From Nitrospirota bacterium (lineage in GTDB: Bacteria > JACPQY01), in assembly GCA_016180645.1 (NCBI GenBank), contig JACPAV010000028.1, positions 1 through 64,000 on the forward strand: DNA of 64,000 nucleotides, given 5' to 3'. The notes beneath the pieces were generated by a model. It saw only the letters and a program-made list of their open reading frames with translations, made no database searches and was not told where the DNA came from. Both the position numbers and the translations under genes were made by a program. Positions 16,335 to 27,740 of the stretch are shown here, in pieces. The stretch's first letter is position 1. Every line of letters begins with the position of its first letter.

Positions 16335-16958
16335 ATGGAAGGGATTGATACCAAGACGACGCCGGCGGGCGATCCGCCCAGCGGACTCCCGCGATTTTTT
16401 CAAAATCTCGAGCGCCGGAGGGCGGAGCGAATCGCGGAGGAACTCGGAGCGTATCTTGGGCCCGGAGAGCGTGTCCTCGATCTTGGATGCGGACCTCTGG
16501 TGGTGGCGGATCACATCCGGAGGCGGCTCGATGTTCAGATTGTGGGCCTCGATACTTTCGACGCGCGCAAGGTCCGGCTGCCCCTGGTGCTCTCCATGGG
16601 CGACCGTACGCCGTTTAGGACGGGTTCGTTCGACACCGTGTTAATCGGATTTGTTCTGCATGAGTGTTCGGATGCCGGCGTGGCGATCCTTCAGGAAGCG
16701 CAGCGGCTCGCGCGGAAGCAGGTCCTGCTGTTGGAGGAAGGGTACGATACGACCCTGGACCGCATTCTCCTGCGCACGATCGACAAGCTTCTGAATCGCC
16801 CCGACCCCAACGCCCCGATCTCGCGGCCGCTGTTCCGGCCCTCGGCCGATTGGTCAAAACTCTTCCGGAATCTGGGATTTGAAATCGCCGGCGTGAAATG
16901 GATGAGGACCACTCCGCTGTTCCGGACGCGGCAAGTCCTATTCGTCCTCCGCCCGTAG
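16335..16958 (+). CDS. Class I SAM-dependent methyltransferase
   Basis: VLDLGCG, PFRTGSFDTV...LHE. Confidence 0.8.
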   Translation: MEGIDTKTTPAGDPPSGLPRFFQNLERRRAERIAEELGAYLGPGERVLDLGCGPLVVADHIRRRLDVQIVGLDTFDARKVRLPLVLSMGDRTPFRTGSFDTVLIGFVLHECSDAGVAILQEAQRLARKQVLLLEEGYDTTLDRILLRTIDKLLNRPDPNAPISRPLFRPSADWSKLFRNLGFEIAGVKWMRTTPLFRTRQVLFVLRP

Positions 16959-16964
16959 CCGGGA

Positions 16965-18428
16965 TCAACGCTGAACGATCTTGATGTCATTCTTGCCGCT
17001 GCCCCCGTAGATCGTAACGCCTCCGTATTCCCGGTCGATGGTGCTCACGGCCGGCCCGATGCGGACGCGTACCCGCGCCGCGAGCTTCTCGGTTACCTTG
17101 ATCGTCGGCCGATCGGACCCCCGCGTGCCGCCCCCCTGCTGGAGGAGTTGCCTGCGTTCCTCGATCTGCTGCTTCTGAAGATGCAAGGCTCTCCAGTGGT
17201 TGACGATCTTCTCGATCTGCGGGCGCTTCTCCTCGGGCACCCAGGATAGGTCCTCCCGGCCGAGGACGTCCTTCGAAATCGTGCGTTCGATCTTCATGAG
17301 CTCTTCCGTGACCGTTTTCAGGGTGAGGTTGAGGTCCTTCAACTCTTTCTCGCGCACGAAATCGATCCCCACCTCCACGGACGTGGGCGCGGCCATCTCC
17401 GAGCCGAGTTTCTTGACTTCGATTCCCTGGGCGGCCCGAACCTCTCCTCCGAGGATGGCCCCCTTGCCTTTGAGCGCCCGAATCTTTCCGCCACAGGAGA
17501 CTCTGCTGTCGAGAAGGGCGTTTCCCACTTCAACGTCCCCGTAGACCTCGAGCGTGGCCCGCTCCACGTACATGGCGCGCAAGCTCCCCTTGCAGCGAAT
17601 CACCGCTTTGTCCTGTCCCATGACGCCGCGCTCCAAGCGGACGTTTCCGCCCGCGGTGATATCCGCTGCTTCGACGACCTCGTGTACATCCAGGTCGCCT
17701 TCCACCTCGATCTTGAAACCATTGGCCACGCGGCCGCGGACTTCCAAGTTTCCCTTGCAACGAATGTTTCCGGTGGAGAGGTCCACGTCGCCTTGAATGA
17801 CGGTCAGCTGGCTGACCTCCATCCGATTTTCGACAATGCGGCAGGAGCCGCCGGTGGTTGCGCGGTATTCGAGAAGTCCGTCTTCCCGCCGGAGGATCTC
17901 CACGTTCTTGCCGGCGGCCGGGGATTCATCCCGTCCGGCATGGCCGGGGAGTACACGGCCCGTGACGGTGAACCCGTCGCGTCCCGCGATGGCCTCCCGC
18001 TTGGTCGCGATCAGGTCGCCCGCTGAAACCGAGCGGACGGTCGACCGTTCCCTGAAGTCGACCGGCTCATCCGCCGGCGATGGGGCCCGATCCTGGGATC
18101 GCGGTTCCGCCCATTTGAATTCGGCGTCGATCCCCTTGCCGGCCGCCTCGCCGCGGGCGATGAGCACCCCTTCGAAAGCTTCCCTCTGCCGGATCTTCTC
18201 CAGACAGTCCGCGACGGGGGCGTCGAGGATGCCTCGAACCACTTTTCGATCGTGCACGGCCTCGCTCAGATCCTCCGCCGAGATCGGGCGGGGAAGATTG
18301 AGCGGCAGGTCGAGTGGGTTGAAGGTGGCAGTCGCTTCCATCTCGTCAGGAGACACGGTTACGCGAAGGATGAGCGAACGCGAACCGGCTCCCGGCGGCG
18401 CGGCGGCGAGATCCGAAAGCTCGGGCAT
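16965..18428 (-). CDS. FapA/DUF342 family protein
   Basis: PVDFRE, GFTVTG, GDVDLSTGNI, GAILGG. Confidence 0.85.
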   Translation of the reverse strand: MPELSDLAAAPPGAGSRSLILRVTVSPDEMEATATFNPLDLPLNLPRPISAEDLSEAVHDRKVVRGILDAPVADCLEKIRQREAFEGVLIARGEAAGKGIDAEFKWAEPRSQDRAPSPADEPVDFRERSTVRSVSAGDLIATKREAIAGRDGFTVTGRVLPGHAGRDESPAAGKNVEILRREDGLLEYRATTGGSCRIVENRMEVSQLTVIQGDVDLSTGNIRCKGNLEVRGRVANGFKIEVEGDLDVHEVVEAADITAGGNVRLERGVMGQDKAVIRCKGSLRAMYVERATLEVYGDVEVGNALLDSRVSCGGKIRALKGKGAILGGEVRAAQGIEVKKLGSEMAAPTSVEVGIDFVREKELKDLNLTLKTVTEELMKIERTISKDVLGREDLSWVPEEKRPQIEKIVNHWRALHLQKQQIEERRQLLQQGGGTRGSDRPTIKVTEKLAARVRVRIGPAVSTIDREYGGVTIYGGSGKNDIKIVQR

Positions 18429-18660
18429 ACCTGGCCTGGACCGTATCTTATCAGGGCTGTTCGGTTCGGGCGAGGAGAATCAATGGGGAGATCGGCGCGC
18501 CGATGTGATCCAGCTCACGCCTCTTTCATCTGGGGATACTTTGCCCCACGGTTGGGGACGGATCGTGAGCCTTGGCCACGTGGCGTTCCGTCGCATCGGC
18601 GCAACGCACGATTCATCGACGGCGTTGGAGAAGTTGCGCTCCCTGCCCGGCGTTTGAGCC

Positions 18661-18676
18661 TGGCACGTTCTTTGAT
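18661..18676 (+). promoter_or_regulatory. Putative sigma54 promoter
   Basis: TGGCAC-GTTCT-TTGAT (one mismatch at -12); CRP-like TGTGA-N6-TCACG at 18504-18519. Confidence 0.45.
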
Positions 18677-18765
18677 CTTAGGAGGTTGGCACCCGGCCTT
18701 CAATAGCCTCCCATCGTGGTCGGCCTGGAGGGCCGGGTACCGCGCCTTCCATGGCTGGAGGAAAG

Positions 18766-18858
18766 ATGGATCGAGATTTGACCGACGAACGAAGTCTTCG
18801 AATCTACCTTGTGCTGCTCACGATCATGGTGGGCGCGATGCTCTACCTGGCGGCCTGA
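18766..18858 (+). CDS. 30-aa single-TM small protein
   Basis: GGAGGA RBS; MDRDLTDERSLRIYLVLLTIMVGAMLYLAA. Confidence 0.55.
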   Translation: MDRDLTDERSLRIYLVLLTIMVGAMLYLAA

Positions 18859-18869
18859 CGATGAATAGG

Positions 18870-20270
18870 CTACAGATCGGCGAAAACCAGCGACTCGAGG
18901 AAGGGGAGAGAGAACGTTTCTCGTTTCTCGCCGAACTCCATCAATTTGCGCTGGACCTCATTCAAGCGATCCGGTCCTTCAGCCCGACTGAGGCCCGAAA
19001 GATTCTCCGGTGCGTCGAGGACTCGATCAAGCCCTAGACAAACGGAATCCCCCGTTGGACAGATGGCGGGGAAGGCAGGGTCGTTGATGATCCACGGCCC
19101 CATCACGAGAAACCCCCCACTTGGAAATGGGCCCATGTTCGGCTGACCGGGCCGGACGCCGAGCGGATATTCCGCCAGCGGGCGGTTTCCAACGTAGTTG
19201 ATATCGCGCCGGATGCGCGGATCGCTTTTCGCCGTGATCGCGGTCTGCCCGTCGAACACCTCGTCCATGAATCGTCCCGTCATCATCGGATTGACGTTGT
19301 AGATCAACGAAGGGTAGGCATCCTGCATCGAGTAGAGCACCGAGCCGAGCCACTCTTCCGGCTGCCAGTACCCGGCCCCACCGATGCTGGTCCACGAGCT
19401 GTCGTTGGCGTCGGGTTGGACCAAGACCTGCACGCCGAGGTCGTTCAGGTGCTTGAGATAAGCCGGGATAAACGCGTCCAGGGAAATGCCGATTCCGTAC
19501 CGATACCCGGCGTAATCGCATGCGCCCACGTCACCCAGCGCGCCCGGCGTGACCTCGATGGTTTGCTCAAACGGAACGAGGTTTACCTTGTCCCACCGGT
19601 AGACGATACGGCCCTGGGTATCGAAGAAGAGCGTGGCGTTGGTGACGCGCGTGTCCGAGGCGCTGACGGCGAGCGTGGCGGCATCGAACATCGGCACAAG
19701 CGTGGTGGCCATGACCGGCACGCCGTATTTCTGAGCCGCATAGGCGAAGGTTCGCGTGAAGGATTTCCAGCCGTGGCTCGCAAGCTTGTGGACGATGACC
19801 TTCACATCGCCGGAGTCGGCGAACTGGGCGGCCGCAATGAAGAGCGATGTCTGTCTCCTGGCGCGGGCCCCCTCGTCGCCGACAAACACCAGCGGGAGCC
19901 CGGTGTATTCCTCGAAGACCACCAGGTTGGGTATGTCTTTTCGAAAATAATCGGACGATCGCTTCATCATGCAATCGATCACGGCCGCGTAGGACGCTTC
20001 GGATTCCCCTTCTTCCACGTTCACTCGCCGCCCGAGCGCGAAGACCCTCACCTTTGCATCCTGCTTCATCGATCCCAGGACCACGGGATCGAAAAGCTTG
20101 GCGCAGTCGACACCCCCGGCGGCCATCGAGGGAGCCTCGGGAATGGCGGAGGCGGTGTACGCCGGCGTGCATGTGATCGGCGCGCTCGTCAGGCTTTCAC
20201 CCTTCTCGCAACTGAGGCCGAGAGCCGCCAGGATCCAGGAACCAGGAACGAGGAACTGTGAGATATTCAT
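18870..20270 (-). CDS. Carbon-nitrogen hydrolase (nitrilase-fold) lipoprotein
   Basis: LVVFEEY, WDKVNL, GISLDAF, LVQP; lipobox LGLSC. Confidence 0.7.
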   Translation of the reverse strand: MNISQFLVPGSWILAALGLSCEKGESLTSAPITCTPAYTASAIPEAPSMAAGGVDCAKLFDPVVLGSMKQDAKVRVFALGRRVNVEEGESEASYAAVIDCMMKRSSDYFRKDIPNLVVFEEYTGLPLVFVGDEGARARRQTSLFIAAAQFADSGDVKVIVHKLASHGWKSFTRTFAYAAQKYGVPVMATTLVPMFDAATLAVSASDTRVTNATLFFDTQGRIVYRWDKVNLVPFEQTIEVTPGALGDVGACDYAGYRYGIGISLDAFIPAYLKHLNDLGVQVLVQPDANDSSWTSIGGAGYWQPEEWLGSVLYSMQDAYPSLIYNVNPMMTGRFMDEVFDGQTAITAKSDPRIRRDINYVGNRPLAEYPLGVRPGQPNMGPFPSGGFLVMGPWIINDPAFPAICPTGDSVCLGLDRVLDAPENLSGLSRAEGPDRLNEVQRKLMEFGEKRETFSLPFLESLVFADL

Positions 20271-21784
20271 GCCAACCTTTTCTTGATCCCTTCCGCAATC
20301 TTCGTCGCAAAAGCCATGATGGTGAGCGAGGGATCGAGCGATAAGGAGGTGGGGAAAACGCTCCCGTCGGCCACAAAAAGATTTTTCACCCCCCGCGCCT
20401 CGCCGTTCAAGTCCAAGACCCCGAAATCGGGGTCTTTCGACATGGGGACGGTTCCCATGATGTGCGGCCCCACGGCGATGCAGCGTTTCATGTCGATCCC
20501 GTTGACGGCGCTCTCGATGTCCGAATCTTTCCGAACCCGTGTGCCGACGTTGTCGAAGAAGATCACCTCCTCGCAGCCGGAGGCCAGGAACATGCGGGCC
20601 GACTTCTTGAAATAATCGCGGGCCTTCAGGGCATCGGGCTCGCTGATGGCGTAGTGCGGGACTTCGCGGCCCTCGGAGTCCAACTCCACGCGGCCACCGA
20701 CCTCGTCGTCCAAAATAGAAAGCGTGAGGCCGTAGTGATCGTATTTCGACATGAACTCGGTGAGCTCCGGACCGAACCAGGGGCTCAGCGCGGCCATTGA
20801 GCCGGGATGGAGGAAGCCGGGAAGAATGAGATAGCCCCCTTCGATGTGGCGGCCTTGGGCATCGCGACGCGTCTTGCGCCATTCATGGACGGCAAACGGC
20901 GACGGGATATTGCGATACGAGTGGACGGGGTCCGGGAATTTGCCCATGACCCAATAGTTCGGGTTTAGAAACAGTTGTGCGCCAAGTCGCTTGTGGGCGA
21001 CGCCGGAGCGGAGCAGGAGTCCGGCCGATCCGAGCCCGCCGGCACTCACCACCACGGCCTTCGCGTGGACCTCGATCTCGTGCGTGGGTGTTTCGGACGC
21101 GGGATCGAGGAACGTGCCTTGAATGCCTACGGCCATGCCGTTTTCGGTGATGACGCGACGGGCGCGGCAGTTGGTGAAAATCCTGGCCCCGGCGTTCGAC
21201 GCCCGGGGGACATACGTGACCAGCATGCTTTGCTTGCGGTTGTACGGGCAGCCCAGAGTGCAGAATCCGGAAGAGGTACACGCCTGACGTGCCTGCGGAA
21301 CGGCCCCTCCCTCCCATTCGAGCGTCTTGCAGGCCTCGCGGAATCGCTTGTTCTGCTCGTTGAACAGGTATTCCGGAGCGACTTCGACGTGAAGGTTGCC
21401 TTCGACCCGGTCGTAGTACGAATAGAACTCGTCGCCGATCCCATGCGGATCGCGCCACTGCTCGAATCGGTCCCGCGGCAGCCGAAAGCTGTCCGCCCAG
21501 TATTTGACCGTTCCCCCGCCAAGGCACCGCCCATACGAGAGGATGACGCCTTCGCGCGTGGCCACGAACCCACCCCAGGCGGCCACTTTGAGAAAACTTT
21601 CCGTCTCGATTTCGTTGAAATCCTTCTCCGCGGTGAAGAATCCGCCTTCTTCGAGGACAACGACGGAGAGTCCCGCCTCCGAAAGTTCCCCGGCCACCAC
21701 CCCCCCCCCGGCACCGGAGCCGACGATGCAGACGTCGGCCGTCTCGGTCACCTTCTTGTTGATCGTCCGGCTTGTGTAAATCAC
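20267..21784 (-). CDS. GMC-family oxidoreductase
   Basis: VGSGAGG, GRCLGGGT, HIMGTV, VADGSVFPT. Confidence 0.9.
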   Translation of the reverse strand: MIYTSRTINKKVTETADVCIVGSGAGGGVVAGELSEAGLSVVVLEEGGFFTAEKDFNEIETESFLKVAAWGGFVATREGVILSYGRCLGGGTVKYWADSFRLPRDRFEQWRDPHGIGDEFYSYYDRVEGNLHVEVAPEYLFNEQNKRFREACKTLEWEGGAVPQARQACTSSGFCTLGCPYNRKQSMLVTYVPRASNAGARIFTNCRARRVITENGMAVGIQGTFLDPASETPTHEIEVHAKAVVVSAGGLGSAGLLLRSGVAHKRLGAQLFLNPNYWVMGKFPDPVHSYRNIPSPFAVHEWRKTRRDAQGRHIEGGYLILPGFLHPGSMAALSPWFGPELTEFMSKYDHYGLTLSILDDEVGGRVELDSEGREVPHYAISEPDALKARDYFKKSARMFLASGCEEVIFFDNVGTRVRKDSDIESAVNGIDMKRCIAVGPHIMGTVPMSKDPDFGVLDLNGEARGVKNLFVADGSVFPTSLSLDPSLTIMAFATKIAEGIKKRLA

Positions 21785-22341
21785 GCGTGATAGGTGGATT
21801 CCACCAGCCCCGGCACCTCGACGGGCGCGATCCCATACTTGTCCTTCCACGTTCCATCGTACGGGAGATGGGCGAAGACGCGCGGGTCGCCGAAATAGTA
21901 GAACGCGCAGACGGATTTGATCGCGTTGTACCCCAGAAGTCGAAAGCCCAGTCCCGACGAGCGCCACCGGAGCAGTTCGCTACGGGCCTGGTCCACGCTC
22001 ATCCGGGTGAACCGGCTGAAGCGGAAACCTGGGAACACCGGCCACCATTCAATCAACCCGAGGAGGGTTTTGAAATCGCTCGTGATCGCCGGCTCGGCGG
22101 CGGACATCCATACGAGGTGGCGGTCGACCCGGTCGACGATGCCGATTTCATCGGGGCTCGGCCACGGTGGCTCGCTTGGAAGAACGGCGTGGGATGCCTT
22201 GCGAAGGACTTCGCGATGTTTGGGGTTCAGAAATAGATTCCCGGCGGGTACGGGCGGCGCGGCCGATGTGGTATCATAGCCGGAAGCTGCGAAGTAGGTG
22301 GAAATCATTCCCAGAGATTGCAGGAACTCCCTTCGCCTCAT
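21781..22341 (-). CDS. Tat-exported dehydrogenase small subunit (gluconate 2-DH subunit 3-like)
   Basis: MRRREFL twin-arginine motif; GTGA overlap with the GMC gene. Confidence 0.65.
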   Translation of the reverse strand: MRRREFLQSLGMISTYFAASGYDTTSAAPPVPAGNLFLNPKHREVLRKASHAVLPSEPPWPSPDEIGIVDRVDRHLVWMSAAEPAITSDFKTLLGLIEWWPVFPGFRFSRFTRMSVDQARSELLRWRSSGLGFRLLGYNAIKSVCAFYYFGDPRVFAHLPYDGTWKDKYGIAPVEVPGLVESTYHA

Positions 22342-22375
22342 GAGGCGAACCTACTCCATCGTTACCGTCGGGTCA

Positions 22376-23362
22376 ATGCTTTCGCTTGGATTGGCGCTGC
22401 TGCTGGGACGGCCTGCCGCTTCATGGGGGCGGTCATCAAGCGCCTCCCATCGGGATGCGGATGTTCCAGTGCTGATTTTCGTCCCCGAGGTGGCCGAGAC
22501 CTCCTATCAGCGCGGGCCATTTAGCTTTCTGCCCGACGGCATCGCGCCTATATTCCTGCGCGACGAACCATCGCTCAATCCGCTCCTCGCGCAAACGGCC
22601 GGCCGCATCCGGGGGAAATGGCACGTCTTTCCTTCGCCTGTGATGGCGTTGCGCCTCGACCGCTGGCTGGCCGAGGCCGCGTCGGCGATTTCACCGCGGG
22701 AAGGAGCATGGGGAGCGAACCGGGAGGCCCCGAACCCCTATCCGGTAACCACCGTCGCCGTCGAGCGCGGTAGCGCGCGGGTGCGGCGTGTTGCCCTGAC
22801 CTTTGATGCGTGTTCGGGCAGGCATCCGGCGCTCGACCAACGTGTGGAGGCCGTTCTGACGCGAATGGGAGTCCCGGCCACCATTTTCGTGGGGGGTGCT
22901 TGGGCGGAGCATTCGCCGGATCGGGTGCGCCGACTCGCCAGGAATCCCCTCTTCGAAATCGGGAACCATTCCTACAGCCATCCCCATCTTACGCGTGTCA
23001 CGGATGAACGTCTGATGGAGGAGATTCAGTGGACGCAGGACATCCTGTACAACCTGACCGGCAGTACCCCCAGACTTTTTCGGGCTCCCTTCGGAGAGGT
23101 GGACGACCGGCTCGTGCGGGGCGCCGCGCTCCTGGGGCTGAGGACGATTCAATTCGACGTGGCCTCGGGCGATCCCGACCCGCGCGCCACCAGCGACCGC
23201 CTGGTGTCGTGGGTGCTGCACAGCGCCCGGAGCGGTTCCATCGTCGTGATGCACATCAATCGAAGGGGCTGGCACACCGCGGAGGCCCTGCCGGAGATCG
23301 TCCGATCGCTTCGTCGTCGCGGTTTCCAGCTTGTGAAAGTGTCGGATCTCTTGCAGGGATGA
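22376..23362 (+). CDS. Polysaccharide deacetylase (NodB/CE4)
   Basis: VALTFD, IGNHSYSHP, FRAPFGE, GSIVVMH. Confidence 0.88.
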   Translation: MLSLGLALLLGRPAASWGRSSSASHRDADVPVLIFVPEVAETSYQRGPFSFLPDGIAPIFLRDEPSLNPLLAQTAGRIRGKWHVFPSPVMALRLDRWLAEAASAISPREGAWGANREAPNPYPVTTVAVERGSARVRRVALTFDACSGRHPALDQRVEAVLTRMGVPATIFVGGAWAEHSPDRVRRLARNPLFEIGNHSYSHPHLTRVTDERLMEEIQWTQDILYNLTGSTPRLFRAPFGEVDDRLVRGAALLGLRTIQFDVASGDPDPRATSDRLVSWVLHSARSGSIVVMHINRRGWHTAEALPEIVRSLRRRGFQLVKVSDLLQG

Positions 23363-23386
23363 ACCCATCCCTGTAAGAAGGCGCCT

Positions 23387-24766
<1,380 letters not shown>

Positions 24767-24893
24767 GTCTACCGTCTTCTCCAATCGCGTAGGCTCTCAG
24801 GGATTGAATCCGCCGCGCCCAATGGCGGATCGGGAGATCGCCGCGCTGAAGGAGATCCGGACGATTCGAAACTAGGTCGCGACCTTCGGCGTT

Positions 24894-25583
24894 TCAGGGA
24901 GCGCCGAATTCGGATTCGAACTCGCGGAGGCGGCCGCGCACGCCGAGCGTGTCGGCCCACGAGCGGAGGTAGGCCCAGTCGAGGGTCAGGCGTCGTTGGT
25001 CGAAGACCCTCCAAGCGTCTCCAATGTCCGGTGGGCGCGCGGATTTCAGCTTGAGCAAGATAAGGTCTTCGGCCGATATGATGGGTGCTTGGAGTCCCGG
25101 CAGTAGTTCCTCGTTGGTTGTGCGGCCAAGCACGCTTCGGAAATAGTCGATCCCCGAAAAAATGATGTCGACATCGACTTTTGAAGGGTAAGGACCCACA
25201 AGCGTTTGGCAGGTCACCCCTTCCCAGTTGCCGAGTTGGCCCTCACCCCGCTCTTCGGACAGGTCGAACCATTTGCGGGCCACGGCCATCTTGATGTCCT
25301 GGAAGTTGGCGGCGAGAACGACGACATCGACATCGAAGGTGGCTCGGGGCTTGGCGCGGACACCTACGGCGAATCCTCCGGCAATGCCCCAGGGCAATCC
25401 CATCTCATTCAGGGCCTCCGACACGCGGATGAGAGCGGTTTTCACCTCTTCGAGTGTGGCGAGTCCCTTCACGTCGGTATCCCGATGGCGATTGTTATAG
25501 GCCCGGCCCAACAAGTCAATAAGCGAGGCCGTCTGCTCCGGGGGAGTGAAGTGAATCCATCCGCGTTCGTCCTGGTACGGCAT
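24894..25583 (-). CDS. Pol-beta superfamily nucleotidyltransferase (DUF6036/AbiEii-like)
   Basis: IAGGFAV...PRATFDVDV...SAEDLILLKL...RPPDIGD. Confidence 0.75.
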   Translation of the reverse strand: MPYQDERGWIHFTPPEQTASLIDLLGRAYNNRHRDTDVKGLATLEEVKTALIRVSEALNEMGLPWGIAGGFAVGVRAKPRATFDVDVVVLAANFQDIKMAVARKWFDLSEERGEGQLGNWEGVTCQTLVGPYPSKVDVDIIFSGIDYFRSVLGRTTNEELLPGLQAPIISAEDLILLKLKSARPPDIGDAWRVFDQRRLTLDWAYLRSWADTLGVRGRLREFESEFGAP

Positions 25584-25642
25584 GGGCGATGAATATTATA
25601 CCAAGTTTGTGCCGAAGGAGAGGGGGGAAAAACGCGCGGAAA

Positions 25643-26725
25643 CTACCCGCGGTCGAGGCGGTCGGCCATAAGCAGAGGTCGGCCGATGGGGTTCTTGGCG
25701 AAGACTTTCCCGTGGACGATGACCTTGTCGCCACGCTTGAGTGCGTTCAACGTGCCCAAGGCGTCGCGATTCGACTTCGCGATGTAAATGATCAGATTCA
25801 CCCGGTTCTCGCCCGAGAAAAACTCGACGTACTCTTCGGGACCAATCCCGTGGTCCTTCATTCCGAGAAAATAGTTCGATTGGTCCATGAACTCGTCCTG
25901 CACCCGTACGTTCTTCCCGATGTGGTCTGCCACTTGTTTCATAAGATCAACGGCCCCGATTTCGGTGTAGCCCGCGGGTTCCGGCTTTGGCGCAGGCGAG
26001 GACGTTTTGGCGGCTGCTTTCGAAGCGGACGGTGAGGTCGGCGCCGCCCGGGTTGCGGCTGGGCTCGCCGGCTTGGTTGATTTGGGTTTGGCAACCTTAG
26101 GCTTGCCGGTGGCGGCGGGCTTGGCCGGTGCGGCCGGCTTGGGCGCAGTGGGAGGAGCCGTTTCGGCAGCCTCTCCGGCGGCTTCCCCCGGAGTGGGAGC
26201 ACCCGCCGCCTCACGCTCTTCCTCCACCTCAGGGACTTCAGGTTCGGCGCTTGCCGGAGGTGTGCTTGTGACTTTGCCGGAATTTGGATCCGGGGAGGGA
26301 GCTTCTTCCGAGGTGGTTGATGCAACGGATTGGGGAGCGGGAGGCTCCTGCGAAGGCTCCGCCGACGGTTCGCCCTGAGCCGAGTGATCATTTCCGACGA
26401 CGATGATCAGGTCGAACTGGCTCTCCCAGGAAAGCGGCTTGATCGATTGAGTGGACGGCATGAGATCGGCTATTTTTTTCGCGTCGTCCCGGGCGCCGTC
26501 TTTGTAGTAGATGACGGTGGAGTCGAAGATCTTGTCCGCTTTGTCCACCTTGGAGACGGTGAATCCGTGCTTCTTGAGAAAACTTCCCATTTGCGCCGCG
26601 CGGCCCGTCGTACGCGTACCGTTGAGGACTTTGATGGAAAGGGCGAAAGCCGGGAGAGTGGAGCAACAGACCGTCAAGCCCAGAATTGCCGCCGCGAGCC
26701 GGCGGGGAGCGGTGTGCCTTTTCAT
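25643..26725 (-). CDS. Exported LytR_C protein with long Pro/Ala/Lys linker and OB-fold-like C-terminus
   Basis: IKVLNGT...FDLIIVVGND; low-complexity linker; LKRGDKVIVHGKV. Confidence 0.75.
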   Translation of the reverse strand: MKRHTAPRRLAAAILGLTVCCSTLPAFALSIKVLNGTRTTGRAAQMGSFLKKHGFTVSKVDKADKIFDSTVIYYKDGARDDAKKIADLMPSTQSIKPLSWESQFDLIIVVGNDHSAQGEPSAEPSQEPPAPQSVASTTSEEAPSPDPNSGKVTSTPPASAEPEVPEVEEEREAAGAPTPGEAAGEAAETAPPTAPKPAAPAKPAATGKPKVAKPKSTKPASPAATRAAPTSPSASKAAAKTSSPAPKPEPAGYTEIGAVDLMKQVADHIGKNVRVQDEFMDQSNYFLGMKDHGIGPEEYVEFFSGENRVNLIIYIAKSNRDALGTLNALKRGDKVIVHGKVFAKNPIGRPLLMADRLDRG

Positions 26726-26768
26726 CCGGGCGGATTCTAGTCAAAATGGAGCCGTGCGTCAAAAAACA

Positions 26769-27740
26769 ATGCTGGGGACGGAGGATCGGTTTGTGGATGC
26801 TTTGCGTCGTCGAGCGGCGGGCGGAGATCCGTCGATCCGACTTGGAATCGGCGACGATGGGGCCGTGGTCTCCGGACCGAGGGGAGATTGGGTTTTCAGT
26901 GTGGACGCGTGTGTGGAAGGAATCCACTTCGACCCGGCCATCATGCCCCTGGAAAGTATGGGTTCCCGAGCGCTGGGCGCGGCGCTCAGCGACTTGGCGG
27001 CCATGGGGGCGACCCCCCGCTACTACTTGGTTTCGGTGGAGATTCCTTCGGCGGGCGCGGAGAACCGCTTGCGAAGGGTGTACAAAGGTTTCAGCGCCCT
27101 CGAGCATCAATGGAAATTGCACCTCATTGGGGGAAATGTTTCACGGGGGGATCGACTCTCGCTCCATACGACGGTCATCGGAGAGTTAGGCAAAGATCGC
27201 CCCCTCACCCGAAGTGGGGCAAGGCCGGGCGACGGCCTGTACGTGACCGGGACCCTCGGCGAGTCGGCATGGGGACTGCGGCTATTGAAGGATCGCGGCC
27301 GGCGGCTGAATCCTTCGGAGCGTCAATCCGTTCAGAAGTTTCTTCGGCCGTCTCCGCGAATCGATGAAGCTCGCTTCCTTCTGAGGCATCGATTGGCGTC
27401 GGCCGGGATGGATATCAGCGACGGGTTGCTGCTTGATCTTTCCCGCCTCTGCCGCGCGAGCGGCGTGGGAGCTGCGCTGCGGGAGGGTCGGATTCCGCGC
27501 CCGCAGGGAGCGACGGAACGAGAGATGCTCACGGGAGGCGAAGACTACGAACTGTTGGTGGCCGTGCGGCGGAAGGCTGTGGTTAGGCTGAGCAAGGCGG
27601 CTTCCCGCGTATTCCACGCCACGTTCAAATCGATCGGGGTGATTGAAGCGGCACCGGGGGTTCGACTACACTATCCGGACGGAAGGATTGTGAACGCATC
27701 GCGCTACGGCAGTCTGGGGTGGGATCATTGGAAGAGCTAG
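26769..27740 (+). CDS. thiL: Thiamine-monophosphate kinase
   Basis: GIGDDGAV, LSDLAAMGA, DISDGL, GGEDYEL. Confidence 0.95.
   Translation: MLGTEDRFVDALRRRAAGGDPSIRLGIGDDGAVVSGPRGDWVFSVDACVEGIHFDPAIMPLESMGSRALGAALSDLAAMGATPRYYLVSVEIPSAGAENRLRRVYKGFSALEHQWKLHLIGGNVSRGDRLSLHTTVIGELGKDRPLTRSGARPGDGLYVTGTLGESAWGLRLLKDRGRRLNPSERQSVQKFLRPSPRIDEARFLLRHRLASAGMDISDGLLLDLSRLCRASGVGAALREGRIPRPQGATEREMLTGGEDYELLVAVRRKAVVRLSKAASRVFHATFKSIGVIEAAPGVRLHYPDGRIVNASRYGSLGWDHWKS

Noticed and set aside
16965-18428. FapA as evidence of a flagellar cluster
   Set aside because: No flagellar genes nearby; DUF342 proteins also occur alone
20271-20882. Extended N-terminus of the nitrilase ORF
   Set aside because: Alternative frame of the GMC gene; ATGA overlap and lipobox support a start at 20270
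24822-24875. Mini-ORF MADREIAALKEIRTIRN after glmU
   Set aside because: Too short and no RBS; possible gene remnant but untestable here
25960-26380. Repetitive GC-rich DNA
   Set aside because: Explained by the Pro/Ala/Lys linker of the LytR_C protein
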